A DNA stretch of 64,000 bases from Candidatus Jacksonbacteria bacterium RIFOXYB2_FULL_44_15 (GCA_001818235.1 MHJY01000005.1:19277-83276), one strand, 5' to 3'; positions 17,395 through 28,139 are shown, counted from the first letter of the stretch. Notes: generated from the letters alone by a model not told the origin. Made by a program: numbers and translations.

Positions 17395-18744
17395 ATGCTA
17401 GACATTACTTTTATTCGCCAACATCCTGATTTGATCGCCAAGAATAATCAGATTCGCCATTGTCAAGTGCCAGTGGGCGATGTTATTAAATTAGATGACA
17501 AGCGGCGCCAGTTGATTCAAGATTTAGATGAGCGCCGCGCTTTGCGCAACCGCGAGTCGCAACATGGCGGCAAGGTCAGCGCGGAAAAAGTCACGGAATT
17601 GCAGGCAGTCAAAGCGGAGATCAAATCGATTGAAGGTGTTCTAAAAGAAGTGGAGCAGAAACTGGACGGATTATTAGTACAGTTGCCTAATTTGACTCAC
17701 GAATCCGTACCGATTGGTGCTGGTGAAAGGGATAACGTGATCCATAAAAAATGGAGCCCCGACGACCCACAGAGCGGGGAAGTAAAGAATCTGCCGTTTA
17801 AAGCCAAATTACACGCCGAGCTCGGCAAAGAATTAGATTTGATTGACGAAGCCAGAGGAGCAAAAATTGCGGGCGCTCGTTTTTGGTATTTAAAGCGCGA
17901 GTTGGTTTATTTGGAATTTGCCATTATTCATTATGCTTTAGATTGTTTGCGGAAAGAGGGTTTTGTGCCGATGTTGCCGCCGATGGTTGTTCGTGAGCGA
18001 GCGATGTACGGCACCGGTTTTTTTCCGGCCGACGAAAACGAAATTTATCGTCTAAGTAATCCAGCCGAGATAAGCGCCAAGGGCAGTGAGGCGCCAGAAG
18101 TTCGTTCCTCTGGTGTGATTCCATCTTGGGATCAAGGCGACCAATACTTGATTGGCACGGCAGAAGTGCCTTTAGCCGCCTATCACAGCGATGAGGTAAT
18201 TGACGTTAAAACACCGTTAAAATATTGCGGATTTTCTTCGTGTTTCCGGCGTGAAGCCGGAGCGTATGGCAAGGATCTAAAAGGAATTTTACGCGGTCAT
18301 CAATTTGACAAAATAGAGATGTTTATTTATGCGCGCGAAGGCGAAGCATGGCAAATGCATGAGTATTTGCAGGCGGTTGCCGAGCGTTTTTGGCAATCGC
18401 TCGAGATTCCTTATCAAGTATTATTGATGTGTTCCGGCGATATTGGCGCGCCTAACGCCAAAAAATATGACACAGAAGGATGGTTGCCAGGAGAGCGCCA
18501 GTATCGCGAACTGGGTTCTTGCTCGAATGATACTGATTTTCAAGCGCGGCGTTTAAATATCAAATATGTGGATGAGGAAACAGGTGAGAAACGTTATGTT
18601 CATACGTTAAACAATACTTATTGCGCTTTAGGGAGAACTATCATTGCCATAATGGAAAATTATCAAACGAAAGAGGGGACTATCAAGATACCTAAAGTGT
18701 TAAAACCATATTTATTTGGGATTGAGGAGATTGGCCCACGTTAG
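17395..18744 (+). CDS. serS: Serine--tRNA ligase
   Basis: MLDITFIRQHPDL N-terminus, coiled-coil arm, and class II core (FRREAG..., GERQYREL). Confidence 0.9.
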   Translation: MLDITFIRQHPDLIAKNNQIRHCQVPVGDVIKLDDKRRQLIQDLDERRALRNRESQHGGKVSAEKVTELQAVKAEIKSIEGVLKEVEQKLDGLLVQLPNLTHESVPIGAGERDNVIHKKWSPDDPQSGEVKNLPFKAKLHAELGKELDLIDEARGAKIAGARFWYLKRELVYLEFAIIHYALDCLRKEGFVPMLPPMVVRERAMYGTGFFPADENEIYRLSNPAEISAKGSEAPEVRSSGVIPSWDQGDQYLIGTAEVPLAAYHSDEVIDVKTPLKYCGFSSCFRREAGAYGKDLKGILRGHQFDKIEMFIYAREGEAWQMHEYLQAVAERFWQSLEIPYQVLLMCSGDIGAPNAKKYDTEGWLPGERQYRELGSCSNDTDFQARRLNIKYVDEETGEKRYVHTLNNTYCALGRTIIAIMENYQTKEGTIKIPKVLKPYLFGIEEIGPR

Positions 18745-18850
18745 ACATCGTATCTCATCCAAACGCGAAAGTCCTTTGTCCATGGTTCACACAATGGCTT
18801 AAAAATGGCCATTTGTTTGAATTTTAAGTAGACATTTTAATATATTTGAA

Positions 18851-19849
18851 ATGGCGCGACGCGATTATGCATCAAAAAAATCGCATATTTATAAATCGCC
18901 ACGCCGCGTAATTCGACGCGATAAATTAAGAAGGGAAGTTGCAAAAAAACGCTGGCTGGTTTTGCTCAAATTAATTGTGCTAAGCGGATTTTTTATTTGT
19001 ATTTTTTATTGGCTGTTTTTTTCGCCGCTATTCATGGTTAATAATCGAATTGAAGTTAGGAATAGCGTTGCTGGACAGGGAACGCATGAGGGGCTTAACA
19101 ATGCGATTAGGGAGGCTTTGTCAGGACGGGTATGGAAGGTCGTTCCGCGTGGAAATTTTTTTTTCATTCAGCCAAACCAACTAGCCGTCACTTTGTCGGC
19201 GCGCACTGATTTACGGCCGTTAATTTATAATTTAGCGGTCGTTAAAATTTGGCCTAATAAATTGATTATAACCTATAAAAGTCGTGTCGCGGTTTGGCGG
19301 GTAGAGATGCAGGAGCGGCTACTTGGTGGCCTCAGCGAGCCAGCAGATATTAGCCGGCCGACTAAAAGTCAAGCGGAAAAGGCGTTTATATCAACTGGGC
19401 AAAGTTTTCTAATCGATGCTGAAGGGGTAATGGTTTTAGACGGTAGTTTATCAACAAATGATCAGAAACGCTCAATTAAAATAGTGCCGATTCATTTGGT
19501 TGGGGCTAATATTGACACTAAAGTAAAATGGCAACCTGGCATGACGGTACTGGATAGGGAGTTGGTGAGTAATTTGGCTAAGTTGTTAAATTTTTGGACC
19601 GTTGCCGATAAGCAGGGATTACTGGGCAGAATAGATTATTTCGAAGTTGACTCAAAAATCAAAGACACAGTGGTGGTCGTTGGCCAAGGGAGGCGGGTCT
19701 ATTTTAACCTTGGCAATTCTTTACAAAGGCAGATTAATAATTTATCATTGACTTTAGAGCGAATCGGGACGCGAAAAAATTTGTTACAATACATAGATTT
19801 GCGTATTGATAGTCGTTCTTACGCGTGCTGTAATTTAGGCGTTTTTTAA
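18851..19849 (+). CDS. FtsQ/DivIB-like cell-division protein (cytoplasmic basic N-terminus, one TM, POTRA-like region)
   Basis: Basic N-terminus, TM LVLLKLIVLSGFFICIF, then FxVxNxIEVRN. Weak and by eye. Confidence 0.4.
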   Translation: MARRDYASKKSHIYKSPRRVIRRDKLRREVAKKRWLVLLKLIVLSGFFICIFYWLFFSPLFMVNNRIEVRNSVAGQGTHEGLNNAIREALSGRVWKVVPRGNFFFIQPNQLAVTLSARTDLRPLIYNLAVVKIWPNKLIITYKSRVAVWRVEMQERLLGGLSEPADISRPTKSQAEKAFISTGQSFLIDAEGVMVLDGSLSTNDQKRSIKIVPIHLVGANIDTKVKWQPGMTVLDRELVSNLAKLLNFWTVADKQGLLGRIDYFEVDSKIKDTVVVVGQGRRVYFNLGNSLQRQINNLSLTLERIGTRKNLLQYIDLRIDSRSYACCNLGVF

Positions 19850-19948
19850 ATGTTTTGAAATCATACGTTAATCCTTACTTTTGAGTTTTTATAATTTCAC
19901 ACAATATTTGCGAAGTTATAAAGCACTCAAAGGGCAGGTATTTAGTTT

Positions 19949-20209
19949 ATGCTTAATAAATTAATTATCACGATCGTCTTATTGATTCTCGGTTTTACTA
20001 CAATTATATTAGTGGGAATGGGGGAGGAGTTTGCCGAAAAGTATTTACCGCTGGCGGTTGTAGGAATAGTTATTATCTACCTCTTCTCCAGCTGGTATTT
20101 AGGATACTTTATTGCTACCCAAAAACCGCCGTTGACACTTATCTATTTAGGTTTGGCCGGTATCATTATTAGTTTTTTCAGCGGTTTTTTTATGGGCAGT
20201 AAAAAATAA
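19949..20209 (+). CDS. Small membrane protein (2-3 TM helices), unknown function
   Basis: Hydrophobic 86-aa ORF. Confidence 0.35.
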   Translation: MLNKLIITIVLLILGFTTIILVGMGEEFAEKYLPLAVVGIVIIYLFSSWYLGYFIATQKPPLTLIYLGLAGIIISFFSGFFMGSKK

Positions 20210-20314
20210 TTTTGTCAAGGGTTTAGGTTTAGGGAGGGGGCGTGTCTTAACGTCGCTTTACATAGATAAATCGACGTATGAATAAAAAAGAGTTTAATTT
20301 CAGCGCTTTTTTTA

Positions 20315-21298
20315 ATGCGTACTTTATCAAACAATCTTCAGCAAACGGTTAGGGAATCCATTACTAATTTTTTAGAATATTGTGAAATCGAAAAAGGCCT
20401 CTCGCCTAACACTGTTAAGAACTACCACCTCTATTTAAAAAATTTTACCGCCTGGCTGGCTGGCGTAAATTTAGCCAAATTAAAACCGCTGGATTTAACT
20501 AAACAACATATTTGGGATTATCGGCTTTATTTATCGCGTAAAAATAGCCATAAAACCAGCGTTAATTTAAACAAAGATACGCAATATCGTTATTTATCGG
20601 CATTACGGTCTTTATTTAAATATTTTGCTCATCAAGGCGTTCCTTGTTCACTGGCTTCTGATGATGTTGATTTACCTAAAACCTCTAAAGATGGCGCGAC
20701 GATTAAGTTTTTAGCGGTCGATCAGTTACAAAAATTTTTAGCTATGCCGGCTCCGGTTAACTTGCCAGGTTTGCGAGATAAGGCTATTATCGAAGTTTTG
20801 TTTTCTACTGGAATGCGCGTCGGCGAATTAGTCGGCCTAAACCGTAAACAGTTTAATTTAGATTATTTAAAGAAACAAGGAATAAAACATTTAGAGCTTT
20901 CTGTCAAGGGCAAGGGCGGTCGGGTACGAAATATATATTTTTCCCAGCGGGCGCTTAACTGGCTCACAAAGTATTTAACGGCCCGCAATGATAACAGCGC
21001 GGCTTTATTTATAAGTTTAAGCCGTAATCAAGGCGATAAGCTGGCGCAGCGGCGTTTGTCTATTAGGTCGGTTGAAAGGTTAATCGAAAAATACCGGCTA
21101 ATGTCCGGTATTCCGATAGAAATTACGCCGCATGTGTTGCGGCATAGCTACGCGACTTTTTTACTCGGTAAGGGCGCTGATTTACGCACAGTGCAAGAAC
21201 TTTTGGGCCATGTTGATGTTTCTACAACTCAAGTCTACACGCACGTTACCAATCCCCAACTTCGCGAGGTGCATCGGAAGCTGATGAATCCTGAATAA
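20315..21298 (+). CDS. Tyrosine site-specific recombinase XerC/XerD family
   Basis: The C-terminus [39 protein letters not shown] carries the R...HxxR...Y catalytic signature. N-terminal core-binding domain. Confidence 0.85.
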   Translation: MRTLSNNLQQTVRESITNFLEYCEIEKGLSPNTVKNYHLYLKNFTAWLAGVNLAKLKPLDLTKQHIWDYRLYLSRKNSHKTSVNLNKDTQYRYLSALRSLFKYFAHQGVPCSLASDDVDLPKTSKDGATIKFLAVDQLQKFLAMPAPVNLPGLRDKAIIEVLFSTGMRVGELVGLNRKQFNLDYLKKQGIKHLELSVKGKGGRVRNIYFSQRALNWLTKYLTARNDNSAALFISLSRNQGDKLAQRRLSIRSVERLIEKYRLMSGIPIEITPHVLRHSYATFLLGKGADLRTVQELLGHVDVSTTQVYTHVTNPQLREVHRKLMNPE

Positions 21299-21325
21299 AT
21301 CGCGGCGGTATGTGGCGCGACTGCA

Positions 21326-21358
21326 AAATAAAAATGACCGCTGAAGACGGTCATTTTT
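21326..21358. terminator. Bidirectional rho-independent terminator between convergent genes
   Basis: AAAAATGACCG-ctgaaga-CGGTCATTTTT: a hairpin with an A-tract on one side and a T-tract on the other. Confidence 0.55.
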
Positions 21359-21372
21359 GGGTCAAATTAACT

Positions 21373-22233
21373 TTAATTATTATGGCATTTATCCAAAAGA
21401 GGTTGTAAGTATGCTGGTTCTAAATTAATGGCGGCTCGGCGGTATGCAATCGGTGTGATCCAGTCTTTTTCGTCGTCTACGATAAATAAATGCGACCAAT
21501 GATTTTTCAAGGCAATTTCATTTGCTTTTTTTTCCGCATCAGAAAATGCCGTTGGCCGACCGAGAAACGCACGATTATCAATGTTGATGGTGACGCCTGG
21601 TACGGTTGTTTGAATGTCATTTATCCTGTCATTTTCAAAATTTGTTTGCGCATTCACGCCTAATTCTTGATACATAATTTTCTCGGCTTCTGGTGAGAAG
21701 GGCTCGGCCGCGGAAATTTTCCACGGACTTTCTTTTTTGTAATTATCCGCTGTTCCTCCGCACGCGGGCCACCAGCCAGTGGCGGGATCCTGAAGATTTT
21801 TTTTATCGGAGTTTAAAAAGATTGGTATTTCTGTGCGGAGTTTGGGGTGCGGGACCCATCTTTTTGCATCAAAACTCGACCCGGCCGGATTTACATAATT
21901 CAACATATCAGGAATTTTCGGAACGCGTAGTTCTTGATCTTGGATAATTTCATTTAACTGATCGTAAATTTTTTTAAAATATTTGGTATACTCTTCACCT
22001 AAATGAGTTTGTAGGCGTTCTATAATTGCAATATCTTTATCTAATCCAGCTTCTCGCAGTTTCGTTTTAATTGAATACAGTTTTTCTAATAGCAGTTCTT
22101 GAGGCGATGATTCTTTTTTTTCCGGTGTTGCAGTTTCTACCGGAATTTCCTCCTGCGGAATTTTTCCCTGCTCTGTTGGTGATTTAGAATGCCTTTTAAA
22201 ATTTTCGTCGACTGGATTTTGGTTTTCTCGCAT
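21373..22233 (-). CDS. Hypothetical protein (286 aa), no recognisable domain
   Basis: Long ORF with coding-like composition and an acidic N-terminus. Confidence 0.4.
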   Translation of the reverse strand: MRENQNPVDENFKRHSKSPTEQGKIPQEEIPVETATPEKKESSPQELLLEKLYSIKTKLREAGLDKDIAIIERLQTHLGEEYTKYFKKIYDQLNEIIQDQELRVPKIPDMLNYVNPAGSSFDAKRWVPHPKLRTEIPIFLNSDKKNLQDPATGWWPACGGTADNYKKESPWKISAAEPFSPEAEKIMYQELGVNAQTNFENDRINDIQTTVPGVTINIDNRAFLGRPTAFSDAEKKANEIALKNHWSHLFIVDDEKDWITPIAYRRAAINLEPAYLQPLLDKCHNN

Positions 22234-22339
22234 AAAAAATGATCACACATACAAGCCAGTGGAGTTTACTAAAAGTTTAGCTCGTAGAGTGATTGATTTA
22301 GATAATTGTAAAAAGTCGCGGTTACGCATAAGATATAAT

Positions 22340-24226
22340 TCAATTATCGAGCTTGATATGTGCCTCTTTGAGTTGCTTTTCCTCGACTTCCGACGGCGCG
22401 TTCATCATTAAATCTTCGGCTTTTTGCGATTTTGGAAAAGCCATCATTTCACGGATGTTTGGCTCGCCGGCGAGAATCATGGCAATCCGATCAATGCCAG
22501 GAGCAATACCGCCGTGCGGCGGGGCGCCGTATTGAAAAGCAGTCAACATGTGGACGAATTCTTGCTTTTTATTTTCGTCAAAACCGATTAAGCTAAAGAT
22601 TTTTTCTTGCAAACGCGGATCATGAATTCTAATTGAGCCGCCGCCAACCTCTAAACCATTAATGACCAAGTCATATTGCCAGGATTTAACTTTGCCTGGG
22701 TCTGAGTCCAGTAGCGGCAAATCAGCCGGATTGGGCGCGGTAAACATATGGTGTGATGGCGCAAAGTGGCCATTTTCCGGTTCGCGTTCAAATAGTGGAA
22801 AATCAATGATCCAACAAATTGCCAGCTCATTAGGGTCAATTAACTTTAATTTTTTGCCTAATTCAAGCCGCAAAGCTCCAAGCGCGGCTTCCACAATTTT
22901 CCGTTCCCCGGCGCCAAAAAAGATTACATCTCCGGCGCTGGCCTCGGTAGTCGTCAAAATTGCCTTAAGTTCATCATCACTTAAGAATTTAATGATCGGT
23001 GAATTTAACAGTAATTTTGTTTGCGCAAGCAAAATAAGTTTTTTGCTGGCCGCATCGCTTGTCACGTCACCATTTTCGGCTGATTCTACTCGGATATAAG
23101 CTAAACCTTTGGCGCCATGTTCTTTGACTAAAACCGTTAATTTGTCAATTTCACCCCGTGATAATACTTTATCAGAGGCTTTGGCGTTAATTGTTCTAAT
23201 TACACCGTTTTTTTCTTTCATCGCTTGACTAAACACTTGAAAATTTGAGTTTTGTAGTTTGGCCGATAATTCTTTAATTTCCAATCCAAAACGAATATCA
23301 GGCCGATCAACGCCATACTTGACCATTGCTTCTTCAAATGGTATTTTAATCCATGATTTTTCAAGTTCAATTTTTTTGTTCAACAAACCATCACTAATTA
23401 AGCGCTTAAATACTGACTTGAACAAATTTTCTGTAAGGCTGATAATATCATCTCTTTCCACGAAAGACATTTCCATGTCCAGTTGAGTAAATTCTGATTG
23501 GCGATCCCCTCTTTGATCCTCATCGCGAAAACAACGGGCGACTTGATAGTAGCGATCAACGCCAGCAAGCATCAGTAATTGCTTATATTGTTGAGGCGAT
23601 TGGGGTAGCGCAAAAAATTTACCTGGATGTAGACGAGAAGGTACAATATAGTCGCGCGCTCCTTCGGGCGTGCTTTTTGTCAAAATTGGCGTTTCAATCT
23701 CTAAAAAATTTTCTTTATTTAGATATTCCCGAATATAATTAATCAGCTTGTGCCGTAAGGTGAGATTAGTAATCATGCGTTCGGTGCGCAGGTCCAAATA
23801 GCGGTATTTAAGTCGCAGTTCCTCGGTTACTGGGCTTCCACCAGAAGGCTCTCCAGTCGTAGCTGTTTTTTTAGGGCGCCATTCAACGATAAAAGGCGGA
23901 GTCTCGGAGTGGCTCAATATTTCTATCTTCTCTGCAATAATTTCGATTGAGCCGGTTTTCAAATTTGGGTTTACCATTTCCGGCGGGCGCGCTGTTACGG
24001 TTCCTTTAATTTTAACGACAAATTCCGGCCGGACGGTTTCGGCTATTTTCCAAGCAGGGTTTGCTTTTTCTGGATTAAAAGTGCACTGCGTCAGTCCGAA
24101 ACGATCACGTAAGTCAATAAAAATTAAGCCACCGTGATCACGGGTGGAATTGACCCAACCAGCTAGCTCGACTACTTGATCGATATGTTTGGTGGTTAAT
24201 TCGCCGCAGGTATGTGATCTAAACAT
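22340..24226 (-). CDS. aspS: Aspartate--tRNA ligase
   Basis: MFRSHTCGELT...GWV...RDHGGLIFIDLRD N-terminal anticodon-binding/OB fold. Class II core with FRDEDQRGDRQSEFTQLDMEMSF. GGGSIRIH near the C-terminus. Confidence 0.9.
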   Translation of the reverse strand: MFRSHTCGELTTKHIDQVVELAGWVNSTRDHGGLIFIDLRDRFGLTQCTFNPEKANPAWKIAETVRPEFVVKIKGTVTARPPEMVNPNLKTGSIEIIAEKIEILSHSETPPFIVEWRPKKTATTGEPSGGSPVTEELRLKYRYLDLRTERMITNLTLRHKLINYIREYLNKENFLEIETPILTKSTPEGARDYIVPSRLHPGKFFALPQSPQQYKQLLMLAGVDRYYQVARCFRDEDQRGDRQSEFTQLDMEMSFVERDDIISLTENLFKSVFKRLISDGLLNKKIELEKSWIKIPFEEAMVKYGVDRPDIRFGLEIKELSAKLQNSNFQVFSQAMKEKNGVIRTINAKASDKVLSRGEIDKLTVLVKEHGAKGLAYIRVESAENGDVTSDAASKKLILLAQTKLLLNSPIIKFLSDDELKAILTTTEASAGDVIFFGAGERKIVEAALGALRLELGKKLKLIDPNELAICWIIDFPLFEREPENGHFAPSHHMFTAPNPADLPLLDSDPGKVKSWQYDLVINGLEVGGGSIRIHDPRLQEKIFSLIGFDENKKQEFVHMLTAFQYGAPPHGGIAPGIDRIAMILAGEPNIREMMAFPKSQKAEDLMMNAPSEVEEKQLKEAHIKLDN

Positions 24227-24301
24227 GATAGAAGTGAAAAGTTAGATATGACATTAATAGTCTAGCAAAAAATGCTTATTTTAGCAACAAAACCCCATTT
24301 G

Positions 24302-27300
24302 CTAAATAGCGCTATCAGGGCAAATATTTTTAAAATCGCAAAATTGACAGACGTGCCGATTCGGGGTGGCCTTAAAATCGCGCTGTTTGATTTTTTGCGC
24401 GGCGACGATTAATTTATTTTTAACTTTTTCCATTTCATTCTCGGTACCGATAAAAGAGACACTCCCCTGTTGTAGGTGGTTCAGGTGATAAAAAGTCAAT
24501 TTTTTTGGTGGCGGATTATGATGAGCTAAGGCAATTTGATAAAGCAAGAGTTGTATTTTATCAGCCAGAACCGGTTTGGGATTTAATTTTCCGGTTTTAT
24601 AATCGATAATTTCAATCCCAGAAGCGTCAGGCAGTAAATCGATCCGATCGATCCGGCCCTTGAAGGCAAACTGGTCTAATTTAACGCGAAAATCTTCTTC
24701 CAGATAACGCGGTCGCGGCCAGTTAGCATGGTGCTGATTATAAAATTCTCGCAGAATTTTTTTTCCGGCCGCTAAGTAATCTTGTTTTTGCTGCGCTGTT
24801 TCAAACCAATCATCCTGCCAATTTTTAGCGTATATATTCATAATTTCCGCCAGCGTGATCAACTCCTGATCTTTCGGCGCGACTCCAGTTGCCCCAAATA
24901 AAGAGCTTTGGCTGGCATGGCAACGCATGTTAGTTAGTCGAAATATGGCTAACATCGTCTGGTGCATGGTGCGGCCAAAAGATAGCGTGGCTTTGCCTTT
25001 GTCCTGCGGAATTTTCAGAATGAATTGGTATTTATACTGTAAAGGGCATTTTTCATAAGCCGCGATCTGCGAATAGCTGAATTCCTTAGGTAAAGGGTAA
25101 ATAAATGGCTGGACAGTCGTGTCAGTCTCCAAAGCGGGTCGCAGAAATCCGGCTAAACCGTCATCCTGCCTTAGTTGATCGCCGGACTTTAAAATTTGCG
25201 TTTCAAACAAGAATAGAGATGGCTTAGTTTGACGACGGCCGCCATAATCGAGCGCGCAGGTTAAAAACAGACCGCGTTTGGCCCGGGTCAGCCCGACATA
25301 AAACAAACGGCGCTCTTCTTCAAGGTGTTCATCGCCTTCCGGCAAAATCTCCTTTTCTTTTATTAAGTCAGTCGGCAATTCAATCGCGTCTCCGCGGTTA
25401 ATTGTCGGAAAACGGAGATGGGCTAATCCCGGAATAAAAACATATTTGAATTCCAGTCCTTTAGCGCTGTGGATAGTCATAATTTTAAGCGCTTCCGGAC
25501 CAATATCCTCGACATTATAATTTAAGGCGCCAGTATCGCCAGCTTCCCGCACTAAATTGATGTGCTCAATAAAACCTTTGAGCGAGCGGTCATCATATAT
25601 TTGGCTGTATTCAACGCATTTTTTTAAAAATTGTTTTATAAGCTGGCACTGGGCGCGAGCCTTGGCCGGGGCGGTTTGTTCTAGCGCTAGGATGTGCTCG
25701 CGGTAGCGCGTATCGTGCAGAATTTTAACTAACATTTCAGTCGCGGCTAAGTTTTGACAGACTTTAGCATTGGCGACTAATTGGCTCATGATTTGTTCAA
25801 TCTTTGTTACCGCGTCAACCGTCATCTCTGGTATGGCGCGAACGTTATCCAGAGACTCTTGAAAAGTCCATTTTTTACGGTTGTGCCAGTAATTCAATTT
25901 GAGCAGATCAGCTTCCGGCAAATCAAAACCCGGAATAGCTAAAACTCGGGCCAAAGAAATTGAATCGGCCGGATCTAAGAGCGCGCGGCAATAGGCAAGC
26001 AGATCATTAATCACCGGCTGCAAAAACAAGCCCTGGCTAGCGACAAATAAATATGACATTTTGGCCTGTTCCAGCGCGTTTTTAAACAGGTCAGCTTGGC
26101 GGTTAGCGCGAAGTAAGATGGCGAAATCATTTAAGTTAGTTTCCCTGTCCGACAACAAGCAAGACTGAATTTTGGCGATGATAAAGCTAACTTCGGCCAG
26201 TTCATCGCGACAGAGTTTGAATTCGATTTGGCCTGCCAAGCTGGCGGGCAGGCCGGCGTCGGGAGTGGCGGCGAATAGTTTTTTATCTATTTTTTCAGTT
26301 TTTAAGCCAACCGCCTGACTATAATATTTATCCGGATGATTCAGCTGAAATTCCAGACGATCCGGATTATTATGCTGGATAAAATTATACGCCAGATCAA
26401 GGATATTCTGGCTGGAGCGGTAATTCGCAGTCAGCACGATTTTTTTGGCCGCCGGAAAATCGCGCTTGAAGTTTAAAATATTGCTGACCGAAGCGCCGCG
26501 GAATTTAAAAATCGATTGATCATCGTCGCCAACCACAGTCAGATTGCTCTGGGGATTAGTAAGACATTTAATTAATTGATACTGCGCCAAATTAGTATCC
26601 TGAAATTCATCAATCAAAATATATTTGAACTGTTGCTGATAATTGGCCAAAATATTTGGTCGGTCAGCGAACAGTTTGTTGGTGTAATAAATCAGATCGC
26701 CAAAATCCAATAAATTATTATCAACGAGCAATTGTTGATACTGAAAATAAGCGCTGGCTGTTTCCATAATTTGTTTAGCTCCGAGCGTTGCCGGAGTGTC
26801 GCCAGCCATCGTATTATCCTGATTAGCAGTTAGATTTTCCGCGTAGCGTAAATATTCAGCCGGAGTAATACCTTCGTCTTTGAGGCGCGAGAATAATTTG
26901 ATTAAAGCGTGAATAAATTTAGTCGGATTACCCAGCGGCCGGTAATAATCAAGATTAAATTTATGAAGATTTTTTCGAATGAGTAGCCAGCTGTCAGTGG
27001 TGGCGAGTAAACGGAAGTCCGGCGTCAGGCCGATATCCAAGGCGTGGAGCTCCAGAATCCGCTGGCCAAAGCTGTGAAAAGTGGAAATCCACAGGTCAAA
27101 TAAGCCATAAGGCACAAGTTTATCCACTCGCTCCTCCATCTCAGTCGCGGCTTTGTCGGTAAACGTCAACGCCAAAATTTCAGTCGGTTTAGCCAAACTC
27201 TGTTCAATCAGCCAGGCGATTTTATGCGTAATGACCGTGGTTTTACCAGTGCCAGCGCCGGCGATGATTAACAATGGGCCATTAGTATAAGTAACAGCTT

Positions 27301-27346
27301 TATGTTGTTCTTGGTTGAGTGATTGGAGAAGAGATGTACTTGACAT
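24302..27346 (-). CDS. UvrD/PcrA-family SF1 helicase fused to a C-terminal RecB/Cas4-like PD-(D/E)xK nuclease with a 4-Cys (Fe-S-type) signature
   Basis: GAGTGKTTV (Walker A). The C-terminus has IDRID...IDYKTGK...LLLYQ nuclease motifs, plus Cys in CPLQY and CQFCDFKNIC (C-x2-C-x5-C). Confidence 0.8.
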   Translation of the reverse strand: MSSTSLLQSLNQEQHKAVTYTNGPLLIIAGAGTGKTTVITHKIAWLIEQSLAKPTEILALTFTDKAATEMEERVDKLVPYGLFDLWISTFHSFGQRILELHALDIGLTPDFRLLATTDSWLLIRKNLHKFNLDYYRPLGNPTKFIHALIKLFSRLKDEGITPAEYLRYAENLTANQDNTMAGDTPATLGAKQIMETASAYFQYQQLLVDNNLLDFGDLIYYTNKLFADRPNILANYQQQFKYILIDEFQDTNLAQYQLIKCLTNPQSNLTVVGDDDQSIFKFRGASVSNILNFKRDFPAAKKIVLTANYRSSQNILDLAYNFIQHNNPDRLEFQLNHPDKYYSQAVGLKTEKIDKKLFAATPDAGLPASLAGQIEFKLCRDELAEVSFIIAKIQSCLLSDRETNLNDFAILLRANRQADLFKNALEQAKMSYLFVASQGLFLQPVINDLLAYCRALLDPADSISLARVLAIPGFDLPEADLLKLNYWHNRKKWTFQESLDNVRAIPEMTVDAVTKIEQIMSQLVANAKVCQNLAATEMLVKILHDTRYREHILALEQTAPAKARAQCQLIKQFLKKCVEYSQIYDDRSLKGFIEHINLVREAGDTGALNYNVEDIGPEALKIMTIHSAKGLEFKYVFIPGLAHLRFPTINRGDAIELPTDLIKEKEILPEGDEHLEEERRLFYVGLTRAKRGLFLTCALDYGGRRQTKPSLFLFETQILKSGDQLRQDDGLAGFLRPALETDTTVQPFIYPLPKEFSYSQIAAYEKCPLQYKYQFILKIPQDKGKATLSFGRTMHQTMLAIFRLTNMRCHASQSSLFGATGVAPKDQELITLAEIMNIYAKNWQDDWFETAQQKQDYLAAGKKILREFYNQHHANWPRPRYLEEDFRVKLDQFAFKGRIDRIDLLPDASGIEIIDYKTGKLNPKPVLADKIQLLLYQIALAHHNPPPKKLTFYHLNHLQQGSVSFIGTENEMEKVKNKLIVAAQKIKQRDFKATPNRHVCQFCDFKNICPDSAI

Positions 27347-27364
27347 GGATTATTTTGTCAATCC

Positions 27365-27390
27365 TTGACATATTATTATTATGGTAAAAT
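27365..27390 (+). promoter_or_regulatory. Candidate promoter (TTGACA with a short 14-nt spacer, and an extended -10 TGgTAAAAT) in the divergent region
   Basis: Sequence motifs only. A TGTCAAtccTTGACA palindrome lies at 27356-27370. Confidence 0.3.
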
Positions 27391-27533
27391 TTGACGGTCA
27401 AAAATAGTTACTGCCAATCGTGCCTGTTTTTTGCTAACTCTAGCTCAAAATGAGCCAATTGTTGTTCTGACGAAAGTGTCGGGCCATTAGTTGGGATTGT
27501 TGCGATATGATTCTCTAATCTCTTAGCCTATTT

Positions 27534-28076
27534 ATGCGTGGGTTGAGAGATTGGAGAAGCTATCCTACCAGCTTTTTCGATGCACTAAAAATTTATGGTG
27601 GGGACTATAAGGAGGGCATTATAATGTTCGGACGAAGAAAGAAAGAAATGCAAAAATTTTTAAATGAGCATAATATGGAAATTGTGGAAGATCTGGAGCA
27701 GGGGTCTCCTGTGCCTGTTGGCAAAACTACACTCATTTCCCTTTTGGAAAGGGGTGAGGAATCGGTAAATGGCAAGGTTATGTTTGAATGGGCACGCCAA
27801 AAATGCGCTAATGCAGGAGGTATTAGGCAGGCATTTAGAGACAAGAAAGAAATCGCCCATATCTACAATGAGGATAACTATTCCGCGCATATTCTCTATG
27901 AGGATCGCGATTATATCCGGATTTATCCTGCGACGGTTTTACGCGAACGTGGCGACGAGTCTGACGACCGTTATTTTATAACTCTACACATGCCCGCATG
28001 CAAGTGGCAACTGAACATTAAGAGAATCGAACGCAACTGGTTCGACTTCCAATATCGTGCGGTCGGCCGCAAGTAA
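27534..28076 (+). CDS. Hypothetical protein (start possibly at MFGRRKK, 27615)
   Basis: ORF followed by a strong terminator. No recognisable domain. Confidence 0.4.
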   Translation: MRGLRDWRSYPTSFFDALKIYGGDYKEGIIMFGRRKKEMQKFLNEHNMEIVEDLEQGSPVPVGKTTLISLLERGEESVNGKVMFEWARQKCANAGGIRQAFRDKKEIAHIYNEDNYSAHILYEDRDYIRIYPATVLRERGDESDDRYFITLHMPACKWQLNIKRIERNWFDFQYRAVGRK

Positions 28077-28098
28077 TTGGGGTTGTAAGTCAAGTTCG

Positions 28099-28139
28099 CA
28101 GTCACGTAGTATTACTTGCATACTACGTGACTCTTTTTT
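28099..28139 (+). terminator. Rho-independent terminator
   Basis: AGTCACGTAGTAT-tacttgc-ATACTACGTGACT followed by CTTTTTTT. Confidence 0.7.

Noticed and set aside
20315-21298. XerC/D-like recombinase as a marker of an integrated prophage or integrative element
   Set aside because: Length and N-terminal core-binding domain fit the housekeeping XerC/XerD type. No phage genes, att repeats or tRNA are adjacent. The neighbours are FtsQ-like, AspS and similar.
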